Below are positions 20,976-30,234 of a stretch of 64,000 bases of DNA, piece by piece (position 1 is the stretch's first letter; each line of letters starts with the position of its first letter). The position numbers were made by a program, and so were the translations under genes. The notes below the pieces were generated by a model, which saw only the letters and a list, made by a program, of their open reading frames with translations, had not been told where the DNA came from and did not search any database. The DNA lies in NCBI GenBank assembly GCA_963732385.1, contig CAVSZB010000007.1, positions 1,280,001-1,344,000 on the forward strand, in the 5' to 3' direction. The DNA comes from an uncultured bacterium (GTDB taxonomy: Bacteria; Krumholzibacteriota; Krumholzibacteriia; LZORAL124-64-63).

Positions 20976-22402
20976 GACCGTCCCCTTTCCCGGCGCGGCG
21001 GCGCCGGATCAGCCTCGGGCTGCAGCCCATGTTCGCGGATCTTGCGCCATAGCGTCGAGCGGTCGATGCCGAGCTGGCGCGCGGCGCGCGTGCGGTTCCA
21101 GCCGGTGCGCGCCAGCGCGGCGGCGAGAAGATCGCGCTCGGCCGGGCTGTGCGCCGGCGCGCCGGTCAGCCCGCGTCCCGGTCCGTTGGCGCCGGCCGCC
21201 ACCTCGGGCGGCAGGTGCTCCACCCGGATGACCCGGCCGCGGGACAAGACGTGCGCGTGCTCCAGGGAGTTCTCCAGTTCGCGTACGTTGCCGGGCCAGG
21301 GGTGATCGAGCAGCAGGCGCAGCGCCTCCGGAGCCATCTCGGCGGACGTGGCCTGTTCCCCGCGCAGACGGCGCAGGAAGTGGTCGACGAGCAGCGGGAT
21401 GTCCTCGCGCCGTTCGCGCAGCGGCGGCAAAGTCAGGCTGACCACCTTGATGCGATAGTAGAAATCCTCGCGCACGCGGCCGGCCGCCACCAGCGCCTCG
21501 AGGTCGCGGTGGGTGGCCGACACGAGGCGCACGTTCACGGGCACCGGACGGTTGTCCCCCACGCGCTCGACCACGCGCTCCTGCAGCACGCGCAGGAGCT
21601 TCACCTGCACCGCCGGGCTGACGTCACCGATCTCGTCGAGGAAGATCGTGCCGCCTTGCGCCTCTTCGAAGCGTCCGCGCCGGTCGGCGACGGCGCCGGT
21701 GAACGACCCGCGCACGTGCCCGAACAGTTCGCTCTCGAGCAGCCCCTCCGACAACGCCGAACAGTTGACCTTCACGAACGGGCCCTGGGCACGACCGCTG
21801 GCGTAGTGCAGTGCGCGCGCCACGAGCTCCTTGCCGGTGCCGGTTTCGCCACGGATCAGCACCGACACCTCGCTCGGCGCGACATCTCCGATCAGCCGGA
21901 ACAGCTCCTGCAGGCGCCGGCTCTTGCCGACGATGCCGCCGAGACGATAGCGAGCGCTGACCGCCTTGCGCAGCCCGGTCTCCTCGGTGACGTCGCGCAG
22001 GATCATGGCCACACCGGTGGCGGGCGCCGGCGGCGCGCTGCCGCTCCAGAGCGGCACGGTGCGGATCACCACCTGCCCCGTGGCGCCGTCCGGCAGCCGC
22101 ACTCCGGTCTGGTAGTCGTGGATCGGACGGCCGGTGCGCAACGTCTCCTCCAGGCAGTCACGCGGGCAGTCCCCCTCGGGAAAGAGCCGGCAGACACCAC
22201 CGTCGCCGGCGCCTGCGGGTACGGGGCCGAACTGCGCAACGGCCGCCGCGTTGAGCGACACCAGATGCAGCGCGTGATCCACCACGACCACGCTCTCCTG
22301 CAGGGCGTCGAAGATGGCCTGGACGCTTTCCGGCTGGAAATGGCACAACGACAGGGTCGGGAAGTTCGCCGGCGTGTCGTGAGGCGGGCTGGGATCGGCC
22401 AC
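20972..22402 (-). CDS. Sigma54-dependent activator (PAS with C-x7-C-x3-C, AAA+, Fis HTH)
   Basis: [42 protein letters not shown] start after AGGAGG. Confidence 0.9.
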   Translation of the reverse strand: MADPSPPHDTPANFPTLSLCHFQPESVQAIFDALQESVVVVDHALHLVSLNAAAVAQFGPVPAGAGDGGVCRLFPEGDCPRDCLEETLRTGRPIHDYQTGVRLPDGATGQVVIRTVPLWSGSAPPAPATGVAMILRDVTEETGLRKAVSARYRLGGIVGKSRRLQELFRLIGDVAPSEVSVLIRGETGTGKELVARALHYASGRAQGPFVKVNCSALSEGLLESELFGHVRGSFTGAVADRRGRFEEAQGGTIFLDEIGDVSPAVQVKLLRVLQERVVERVGDNRPVPVNVRLVSATHRDLEALVAAGRVREDFYYRIKVVSLTLPPLRERREDIPLLVDHFLRRLRGEQATSAEMAPEALRLLLDHPWPGNVRELENSLEHAHVLSRGRVIRVEHLPPEVAAGANGPGRGLTGAPAHSPAERDLLAAALARTGWNRTRAARQLGIDRSTLWRKIREHGLQPEADPAPPRRERGRS

Positions 22403-22627
22403 GGGATCCTCCTGCGCCGACCGCGGGCGACAGCGCGATCCTAATGATAGCAAGACGGAACGTTGCACGCAACATAAATGGTGCAACACTGTTGAGGCAG
22501 GCAACGCCGGAGAGCAGGCAGCAAGGGCGCCCCCGGCCGTTGAGAGCCATGTTTATTTCCCGCTATTTCGCATTATTAAAGCAAGTTACAAACTTCTTTT
22601 ATTCCATGGTCGCGTCCAGATCGGATC

Positions 22628-22643
22628 AGGCACGGCAACTGCT
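22628..22643 (+). promoter_or_regulatory. Sigma54 (-24/-12) promoter upstream of trxA
   Basis: AGGCACGGCAACTGCT, GG-N10-GC spacing, close to consensus TGGCACG-N4-TTGC. Confidence 0.7.
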
Positions 22644-22721
22644 TTACTCTTATTTTGTGCCGAGACAGTGAGATTTGCAACGGAGCCCAGCGCCGCAACC
22701 ATCCCGACGGAGGAGTAGACG

Positions 22722-23045
22722 ATGTCCAACGCGAAACCGGTCGAGGGCGCGACTTTCGACGCCGAAGTGCTCAAGAGCAGCGTCCCGGTCCTGGTCGACT
22801 TCTGGGCCCCCTGGTGCGGCCCGTGCAAGATGTTGACGCCGATCATCGACGCCCTGGCGATCGAATACGTCGGACGGGTGAAGGTGGCCAAGGTCAACGT
22901 CGACGACAACCAGGAGCTGGCCGTCAAGTACGGCATCCGCGGCATCCCGACGGTGATGGTGTTCAAGGGTGGACAGCCCGTTTCGACACTGGTCGGGCTG
23001 CGCTCCAGGGATGACCTGACCAGGGTGCTGAACGACAACCTGTAG
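22722..23045 (+). CDS. trxA: Thioredoxin
   Basis: LVDFWAPWCGPCK, YGIRGIPT; GGAGGAG RBS. Confidence 0.95.
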   Translation: MSNAKPVEGATFDAEVLKSSVPVLVDFWAPWCGPCKMLTPIIDALAIEYVGRVKVAKVNVDDNQELAVKYGIRGIPTVMVFKGGQPVSTLVGLRSRDDLTRVLNDNL

Positions 23046-23152
23046 CCGCACCACCCTGGCCAGGCTTACTCGGGGCCGCCGGTATCGCCCGCCGGCGGCC
23101 CTCCTCCTCTTGCCCGCCGCGCCGCGGGGACCGATAATGGAGCCGCGGGGCG

Positions 23153-24082
23153 ATGGGGTTCCGCCGCAGCCGAAACGAGGTCCCCCTCTTGGCCGGTCTG
23201 CTCCACGGCGTCAGGTCGCTCCTGCGGGGCGGCGACAAACCGAATCACATCGTCTTCCTGGTCCTCGATTCCTGCCGTTACGACGCCTACCAGGCGGCCC
23301 GGCATCCCAATCTGGACCGCATCGGGACCGCGCAGCGGCGCTACAGCTACGCCAGCTGGACCAGCCCGAGCCACTACACCTTCCTGATGGGCATGATCCC
23401 CCACCTGAGCCCGAAGGGGGTGTTCGCTTCGAACGTCTACCGGGACGAGTTCTCGCTCTGGTCGCAGCGACTCAACATTCCCGACGTCGAGTTCGGGAAG
23501 TTCGTGCCGCAACTGTCGCTGCCGTGCTTTCTGAAGGCCGCCGGCTACTGGTGCCAGGGCTGGGTGAGCCTCCCGGTGCTCAACCCGATGACCTCGATGT
23601 CGCAACACTTCGACCGCTACGAGCTGGCCCCTTCGCACAACGACCTGCGCGCCATCTTCGCGCAACTCGAGTTTCGCAAGGAACAGCCCTGCTTCTTCTT
23701 CATCAACACCGGCGAAACCCACTATCCGTACATCCTGCCGGGCGAGAGCGCGAGCGATCTGCCACACATCAGCGGCGTGCACGGCGTGTTCAAGAGCCTG
23801 GACGATTTCCTGAAGAACCCCTCCGAGTTCGTGCACGACCGCGTTCAGGACGAGTTCTTCACGCCGCAACAGTTCCGCGCCTTCTACGACAAGCAGGTGG
23901 CGAACGTGGAGTGGATCGACGGGGTGGTCGGGAAATTCCTGGACCGCTGCCCCGACAACACCCACTTCATGATCATGTCGGACCATGGCGAACTGTTCGG
24001 CGAGGACGGATACTTCGGCCACGGTCCCATCTTCCACGAGAAGGTGTTCGAGGTGTTCTACGTCGAGGGCAGACGGCCATGA
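23153..24082 (+). CDS. Alkaline-phosphatase/sulfatase-superfamily metalloenzyme (start uncertain)
   Basis: VLDSCRYD, ETHYPY, MSDHGE..GE.GYFGHG; lacks the CxPxR formylglycine motif (has WTSPSH). Confidence 0.75.
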   Translation: MGFRRSRNEVPLLAGLLHGVRSLLRGGDKPNHIVFLVLDSCRYDAYQAARHPNLDRIGTAQRRYSYASWTSPSHYTFLMGMIPHLSPKGVFASNVYRDEFSLWSQRLNIPDVEFGKFVPQLSLPCFLKAAGYWCQGWVSLPVLNPMTSMSQHFDRYELAPSHNDLRAIFAQLEFRKEQPCFFFINTGETHYPYILPGESASDLPHISGVHGVFKSLDDFLKNPSEFVHDRVQDEFFTPQQFRAFYDKQVANVEWIDGVVGKFLDRCPDNTHFMIMSDHGELFGEDGYFGHGPIFHEKVFEVFYVEGRRP

Positions 24083-24705
24083 AGGGGCGCGGCGGGTTCG
24101 CAGGACTGGCGCTGGCGCTCGGACTGGCGGCGGCTTTCGCGACGCCGGCGACGACGTCGGCCCGCGCCGCCGCCGACGTCGACCTCGGCGCCGAGTTCAG
24201 GGGCGCCGATGACACCAGGGTCTGGCTGGCCGTGCTCGCGCGCCACCACGATCGCGACCCGGCCGACACGGCGCGGCTGGTCGCCCGCGTGACCGATCCG
24301 GACGAGCTGGCAACGCTGCTGTTCGTGGCGGCGCGTGCGACCCGCCCGCCCGAGACCGTGCTCGCCCTGCGCACCCGCGGCCTGTCGTGGTGGGAGATCA
24401 GCGGTCGACTGGGGCTCCCGGTGGAAGTCTGGTTCCCGCCGGTGAGATTCGACCCCGGTCCCCCGTTCAACCGCCCCTACGCGGCCTGGCGCCGCCTGCG
24501 CGAGACCCACGAGCCGTTCCCCGGCCTCGACGACGGACAGGCTCGCGACCTGGTCGTGGTCCGGCTGCTGAGCGAGTACTTCGGCGCACCGGTCGAGACC
24601 GCCATGGCGTGGCGCGCCGGCGGGCGCGACGCGCGCGCCCTCGCGGCGACGGAGTACCGCCGCCGGCACGGGGCGGAGCGGAAGCCGCGGGCGGACGGGG
24701 GCTGA
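24079..24705 (+). CDS. Hypothetical exported protein
   Basis: Signal peptide MKGRGGFAGLALALG; LR..GLSWWEI..RLG motif; start overlaps the previous stop. Confidence 0.6.
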   Translation: MKGRGGFAGLALALGLAAAFATPATTSARAAADVDLGAEFRGADDTRVWLAVLARHHDRDPADTARLVARVTDPDELATLLFVAARATRPPETVLALRTRGLSWWEISGRLGLPVEVWFPPVRFDPGPPFNRPYAAWRRLRETHEPFPGLDDGQARDLVVVRLLSEYFGAPVETAMAWRAGGRDARALAATEYRRRHGAERKPRADGG

Positions 24706-24710
24706 GCGCT

Positions 24711-25940
24711 TTGCCCCACGACCCGCTCCGGCACAACCTGGCCGAGCGCGTGAAGGAACTCACCGCGCTGCACCGGACGGCGCGCCTGCTGCAGGACACC
24801 GCGCGCCCGCGCGCCGGGCTGATGCGGGAGATCGTGGAATCCCTGCCCGACGCCTGGCAGTTCCCCGAGATCGCCGGCGCCCGGATCCGCCTGCCCGACG
24901 GCGATTTCGCCACCGCCGGCTACCGCCACACCCCGTGGGTCCAGCGGGCCGAATTTTCCGTTCATGACGACGTTGCGAACGCCCCCCATGCCTGCAGTCT
25001 CGAAGTCTGCTACCGCGAACCGCGCCCGGCCGCCGACGAGGGCCCGTTCCTGCGCGAGGAGCGCGACCTCATCGATTCGCTGGCGGATCTCCTGCGCTTC
25101 CACGTGCAGCACCATCTCGACGACGAGGCGCTGCGGCGGGCGCGCGACGGACTCGAATGTCAGGTGCGCGAGCGGACAGGCGAACTGGAACGCGCAAATG
25201 CCGATCTGGAGGCCGAGATCGCCGAACACCGGCGCGCGCGTCAGGAGATCGAGCGGTACCAGCGCCAGTTGCGCCGGCTGGCCGCAGAGCTGTCCCTGGC
25301 CGAGGAACGCGAGCGGCGCGCCATCGCCACGGACCTCCACGATCATCTCGGCCAGGCTCTCGCGTTCGTGAAGCTGCGCCTGTCCGAGTTCGCGGGCAAT
25401 GCCATGTTCTGCGGCTTCGAGACCGACCTCGCGGAGATCCTGCGGCTCGTCGACCAGTCCATCCGCTTCACGCGCACGCTTACGGGCGAGCTCAGCCCGC
25501 CCGTGCTGTACGAGCTCGGCCTCGGTCCGGCGCTGGAGTGGCTGGGCGAGCGGTTCGCGGCGAAGCATGGCTGCCGGGTGACGGTCGATGCCGCCGGCAG
25601 CGGTGCGGCCACCGCCCAGGAGGCGCGGATCATGCTCTTCAAGGCGGCGCACGAACTGCTGACGAACTCCGCCAAGCACGCGCGCCCCGGCCGGATCCGC
25701 GTCAGTCTGCGCCGCGCCGGGACGGACCTGCGCCTCGAGGTGGAGGACGACGGCGACGGCTTCGATCCCGCCGTGCTCGCGGCAGCCGAAGCGACCGGAG
25801 AACCGGGCGGCTTCGGACTGTTCAGCATCCGCGAGCGGCTGCGCCATCTGGGCGGCCGCATGGATGTCCGCTCCGCGCCGGGCTCGGGGTGCACGGTCAC
25901 CCTGCAGTTGCCCGCGGCAGCGGCCGGGGAGTCGCGATGA
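24711..25940 (+). CDS. Soluble sensor histidine kinase (HisKA_3/NarX-like; start uncertain)
   Basis: EERERRAIATDLHDHLGQ, ELLTNSAKHA, VEDDGDGF, GFGLFSIRER. Confidence 0.85.
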   Translation: MPHDPLRHNLAERVKELTALHRTARLLQDTARPRAGLMREIVESLPDAWQFPEIAGARIRLPDGDFATAGYRHTPWVQRAEFSVHDDVANAPHACSLEVCYREPRPAADEGPFLREERDLIDSLADLLRFHVQHHLDDEALRRARDGLECQVRERTGELERANADLEAEIAEHRRARQEIERYQRQLRRLAAELSLAEERERRAIATDLHDHLGQALAFVKLRLSEFAGNAMFCGFETDLAEILRLVDQSIRFTRTLTGELSPPVLYELGLGPALEWLGERFAAKHGCRVTVDAAGSGAATAQEARIMLFKAAHELLTNSAKHARPGRIRVSLRRAGTDLRLEVEDDGDGFDPAVLAAAEATGEPGGFGLFSIRERLRHLGGRMDVRSAPGSGCTVTLQLPAAAAGESR

Positions 25941-26587
25941 GACTGCGCATCCTGCTCGCCGACGATCACAAGATGTTCCGTGACGCCGTGCGCCCCCTGC
26001 TCGAGCGCACGCCGGGGCTGGCCATCGTCGGCGAGGCGGGCGACGGACTCGACGCCGTACGGCTGGCGGCCGAACTCCAGCCCGACGTCATCATCATGGA
26101 CATCTCCATGCCGGGCCTCAACGGGATCGAGGCGGCGAGACAGATCCTCGCGGCCGCTCCGCGAGTTCGGGTCATCATCCTCTCCATGCACGCCGACCGG
26201 CGCTTCGTGACCGAGACCCTCAAGGCGGGCGCCGCAGGCTACCTGCTCAAGGACGGCCCGATCTCCGAGCTGGTGGAGGCGATCCATGCGGTCGCCGCCG
26301 GGCGCACGTTCCTGAGCCGTCCGATCCAGGACGTCGTCGTGCAGGACTATGTCGGCCTCGCGCGGCGCGCCGACGGCTCCGCGTTCTCCGTGCTGAGCGC
26401 CCGCGAGCGCGAGGTGCTGCAACTGCTGGCGGAGGGCCGCAACACCAAGGAGATCGCCGACCGGCTGTCGATCAGCGTCAAGACTGTCGAGACCCATCGC
26501 AAGCAGACCATGGACAAGCTCGGGCTGCGCAGCATCGCCGAACTGACCAAGTACGCCATCCGCGAGGGGCTGACCCCGCTGGAATAG
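25937..26587 (+). CDS. NarL/LuxR-family response regulator
   Basis: ILLADDH, MDISMP, LSAREREVLQL, KTVETHR. Confidence 0.93.
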   Translation: MRLRILLADDHKMFRDAVRPLLERTPGLAIVGEAGDGLDAVRLAAELQPDVIIMDISMPGLNGIEAARQILAAAPRVRVIILSMHADRRFVTETLKAGAAGYLLKDGPISELVEAIHAVAAGRTFLSRPIQDVVVQDYVGLARRADGSAFSVLSAREREVLQLLAEGRNTKEIADRLSISVKTVETHRKQTMDKLGLRSIAELTKYAIREGLTPLE

Positions 26588-26761
26588 GCCGCCCGCCCAA
26601 TCGATCGCCGCCGCCCCTCTCCCCTCAGGATCCACACCCCTCGATATCAGGAATTCCCCGATTGAGGCGCCCGTGCCGGGAGCCCACGCTTGCTTCAGCC
26701 GCGCGGCGCGATGCCGGGCGGCAGCGACCGCCGTGGAAACCCCGAGCTTGGGAGGAACGCG

Positions 26762-27982
26762 ATGCACGGCTTCGATTCCGGGCACACCGGCTTCATGCTG
26801 GTGGCCACCAGCCTCGTCATGCTGATGACGCCGGGGCTGGCCTTCTTCTACGGCGGTCTGGTCGGGCGCAAGAACGTCCTGGCCATCATGATTCAGAGTT
26901 TCGTGTCGATGGGCGTGACCACGATCCTCTGGTACGTGTGCGGCTACTCGCTCTGCTTCAGTGGCGGGCAGGGGGGAATCATCGGGAATTTAGACCTGGT
27001 CTTCCTGCGCGGGGTCGACCTGAACACCCCCTACGGCGACGGCCATATCCCGCTCTACGTGTTCATCGCCTACCAGATGATGTTCGCGATCATCACCCCG
27101 GCCCTGATCACCGGCGCGTTCGCGAACCGCATCCGCTTCGGGGCCTACCTGCTGTTCCTGGTGGCCTGGCTCTTCCTGGTCTACTTCCCGTTCGTGCACA
27201 TGATCTGGGGCGGCGGTCTGCTGGCGAAATGGGGCGTGCTCGATTTCGCGGGCGGCATCGCGGTGCACAACATCGCCGGCATGGCGGCCCTCGCCTCGGT
27301 GCTCTACGTCGGGCGCCGGCGCGTGGCCGACAGCGTGCCCCACAGCATCCCGCTGGTGGCCCTCGGCACCGGCCTGCTCTGGTTCGGCTGGTACGGGTTC
27401 AACGCCGGCAGCGAACTGAAGGTGGACGCGGTGACCGGTCTCGCCTTCCTCAACACCGACATCGCGGCGTCGTTCGCCGGCCCGACCTGGCTGTTGCTGG
27501 CCTGGATTTTCGAGCGCAAACCGAAGTTCCTCGGCCTGCTCACCGGCGCGGTGGCCGGCCTCGCCACCATCACGCCATGCGCCGGCTACGTCACACCGGT
27601 CAGCGCCATGATCATCGGCATCCTGGCGGGAGGCATCTGCTACTTCGCCGTCAACCTCAAGAACCGGCTCGGCTGGGACGACGCGCTCGATGTCTGGGGC
27701 GTGCACGGAGTGGGTGGCATGCTCGGCATCATCCTGCTCGGCGTGCTCGGCAGCACGGCCGTGAATTCCGCCGGCCAGAACGGACTGCTCCACGGGAACC
27801 CGGCGTTTTTCGGCAAGCAACTGGTGGCCATCCTGTTCTCCTCGGTCTACGCCTTCGCGTTCACCTACGGCATGCTGTTCCTGATCAACCGGGTCACTCC
27901 CGTGCGCACGAGCGAAGCCGACGAGGAGAAGGGGCTCGACGCGACCCTGCATGGCGAGGTGGCCTACGAAAGCGGCGTCTGA
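26762..27982 (+). CDS. amtB: Ammonium transporter
   Basis: LMTPGLAFFYGG, QMMFAIIT, DFAGG..VH, LWFGWYGFNAGS, DDALDVWGVHG. Confidence 0.95.
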   Translation: MHGFDSGHTGFMLVATSLVMLMTPGLAFFYGGLVGRKNVLAIMIQSFVSMGVTTILWYVCGYSLCFSGGQGGIIGNLDLVFLRGVDLNTPYGDGHIPLYVFIAYQMMFAIITPALITGAFANRIRFGAYLLFLVAWLFLVYFPFVHMIWGGGLLAKWGVLDFAGGIAVHNIAGMAALASVLYVGRRRVADSVPHSIPLVALGTGLLWFGWYGFNAGSELKVDAVTGLAFLNTDIAASFAGPTWLLLAWIFERKPKFLGLLTGAVAGLATITPCAGYVTPVSAMIIGILAGGICYFAVNLKNRLGWDDALDVWGVHGVGGMLGIILLGVLGSTAVNSAGQNGLLHGNPAFFGKQLVAILFSSVYAFAFTYGMLFLINRVTPVRTSEADEEKGLDATLHGEVAYESGV

Positions 27983-28123
27983 GATCGGGAGCGGGTCAGG
28001 GATGGAGGGACCTGAGGCACGGCCGCCTTCTCGATGACCTGCCGGTTCCAGGCTCCGCCCCGCGCCGCCCGGCGCAACGCGGAGCCGCGCGGCGGCCCGG
28101 ACGACTCGCCCCGTCCGGGCCGC

Positions 28124-28618
28124 TTAGTCCCGCCAGGTGCCGATCCGCGCCACCTCGAGCCGGAACGGGCCCTCCTGGCGGTCGGCGATGAGCAGCCCGA
28201 GTCCGCAGACCGTGGCGGGGTCGAGCGGCGGGTAGTCGGTCATCTCCCAGCCGCGGTAGCGCGGGCGGAAGGCAGCGAAGGGGATGCGCACGACCGTGAG
28301 ACGATCGTCGGGCACCACCAGCGGCGCCTGAAAGGCGACGTCTTCGAAGCGGTCGCTGGTGCGCAGGCGCAGACTGTACCGCTTGCCGTCGCCCCGCGCC
28401 TCGACCGCCAGGCCGGCACAGCCCGCCAGCGCCAGCGGACCGGCGGGCGAGCGGACCGAGGCGAATCCGCCGTTGTTCGCCAGCGAGACCGTACCGGCGA
28501 AGAGGGCGCATCCCTCCCCCGGCTCCAGGCGACTCGTCGATATGCCCCCCATGACCCGATCGTCGATGCTTGCCCAGGCCGCCGCGCCGGCGGTGAAGTC
28601 GAACAGGACCAGATCCAC
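28124..28618 (-). CDS. CIA30 (NDUFAF1-like) family protein
   Basis: W.SIDDRVMGGIS, G.VSLANNGGFASVR, RGDGKRY, GPFRLEV. Confidence 0.88.
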   Translation of the reverse strand: MDLVLFDFTAGAAAWASIDDRVMGGISTSRLEPGEGCALFAGTVSLANNGGFASVRSPAGPLALAGCAGLAVEARGDGKRYSLRLRTSDRFEDVAFQAPLVVPDDRLTVVRIPFAAFRPRYRGWEMTDYPPLDPATVCGLGLLIADRQEGPFRLEVARIGTWRD

Positions 28619-28838
28619 GCGGTGCCTCCCCCGGCTGATGATGAGCCGCCAGGACCGGGGCGATTATAGCGGCTGGAGGCGAGGCACGGCACCATAAAGC
28701 ACCGCCCACGACCCGGCCCGGATGCCGCCCGATTTCCGTCTTTCATCCCCGGCAGCGCCCCTGTATCATCCCCGCCGCATGAGGACGGGCCGCCCGTCGG
28801 CAACGGCGATCCCGACGGCGGTCACGAGGAGAAACGTC

Positions 28839-30218
28839 ATGGACTTCCCGCTCTTCCATCTCGACGTCTTCGGCAACCGCCTGCTGTTCGCCTGGATCGC
28901 CATCACGCACGTGCTGATCAACCACGCTCTGGCAGTCGGCGCAATGCCGCTGGTGACCCTGCTCGAGTGGCGGGGGGTGCGCACCGGCGACGCGCGCTGG
29001 GACCGCCTGGCGCACCGTCTGCTGACGGTATTCTTCATTGTCACCACCACGGCGGGCGCGCTGACCGGCGTCGGGATCTGGTTCTGCGCGTCGCTGGTGA
29101 ATCCGACGGCGATCGGCAGCCTGATCCACGTCTTCTTCTGGGCCTGGTTCACGGAGTGGCTCGTCTTCGTGGGCGAGGTGGGGCTGATCCTGGCGTACTA
29201 CCTGAGCTGGCATGGGTGGGGAGCGCGGCACAAGCGGGCGCACGTCTGGCTCGGCCTGACTCTGAGCGCCTTCTCGTTTGCCACCATGGCGATCGTCGTG
29301 GCCATACTCGGATTCCAGATGGACACCGGGGTCTGGACCGTGCGGCCCGGTTTCTGGACGGCCCTGTTCAACCCGATCTACCTGCCGCAGCTCGCCTTCC
29401 GCACGCCGTTCGCCATGATCACCGCCGCGCTGGTGGCGCTCATGCTCGGGTTCTGGTTCTTGCGCGACGATCGCGATTTCCGGGCCCGGGCCGTCCGCCT
29501 GATCTCGCTGTGGGCTCTCGCCTGGACCCCCGGCTGGCTGCTGGGCGCGCTGGCCTACTGGCGCGTGCTGCCGAAGGCGGCGGGGAGCAACATCGACATC
29601 GCCCTGACCTCCCTGCGCTGGCAGCAGTGGACCGAGCGGATGCCCTGGCTGATCGCCGGAGCGACCGCCGCGATCATCGTGCTGGCGGCGTGGGGCGCCG
29701 GGAAACCGGCCAGGCTGCCGCGAGCGGCCCTGCTCGTGCCGGCCGTGCTGGCACTCTGGCTGCTCGGCTATTTCGAACGGGTGCGCGAATTCATCCGCAA
29801 GCCGGACGTGATCGCCGGCTATCTCTACGCGAACGGACTGCGCCACGCCGACTACCCCCTCCTGCGCGAGGAGGGGCTGCTGCGTCACGCAACGTACACC
29901 GCCGCGCGGGGGATCACCGACGATTCACGGCTCATCGCCGGACGCGAGATGTTCCGCCTCGCCTGCTCCCGCTGCCACACGACCAACGGCATGAACGGTG
30001 TGGTGGCCAAACTGACCAATCTCTACGGCCCCGGCCCCTGGGAACAGGCGACCATCGAGGCCTACCTGACCGGCATGCAGAACACGCGCCCCTTCATGCC
30101 GCCGCTGCCCGGCACGGGCGCGGAGCGATCGGCGCTGGCCGCCTGGCTGATCTCCCTGCGCGCCACCCCCGCGCGTCTCGACGGCGCGCAGACCGCGGGC
30201 GCAGCGACAATCCCCTGA
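28839..30218 (+). CDS. Cytochrome bd subunit I (CydA)-like membrane protein fused to a C-terminal cytochrome c
   Basis: About 9 TMs; ITHVLINH, GALTGVGIWF, WFTEWLVFVGE, ERVREFIRKP; CSRCH heme motif and FMPP axial Met. Confidence 0.75.
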   Translation: MDFPLFHLDVFGNRLLFAWIAITHVLINHALAVGAMPLVTLLEWRGVRTGDARWDRLAHRLLTVFFIVTTTAGALTGVGIWFCASLVNPTAIGSLIHVFFWAWFTEWLVFVGEVGLILAYYLSWHGWGARHKRAHVWLGLTLSAFSFATMAIVVAILGFQMDTGVWTVRPGFWTALFNPIYLPQLAFRTPFAMITAALVALMLGFWFLRDDRDFRARAVRLISLWALAWTPGWLLGALAYWRVLPKAAGSNIDIALTSLRWQQWTERMPWLIAGATAAIIVLAAWGAGKPARLPRAALLVPAVLALWLLGYFERVREFIRKPDVIAGYLYANGLRHADYPLLREEGLLRHATYTAARGITDDSRLIAGREMFRLACSRCHTTNGMNGVVAKLTNLYGPGPWEQATIEAYLTGMQNTRPFMPPLPGTGAERSALAAWLISLRATPARLDGAQTAGAATIP

Positions 30219-30234
30219 CTTCACGGGAGCTCCG

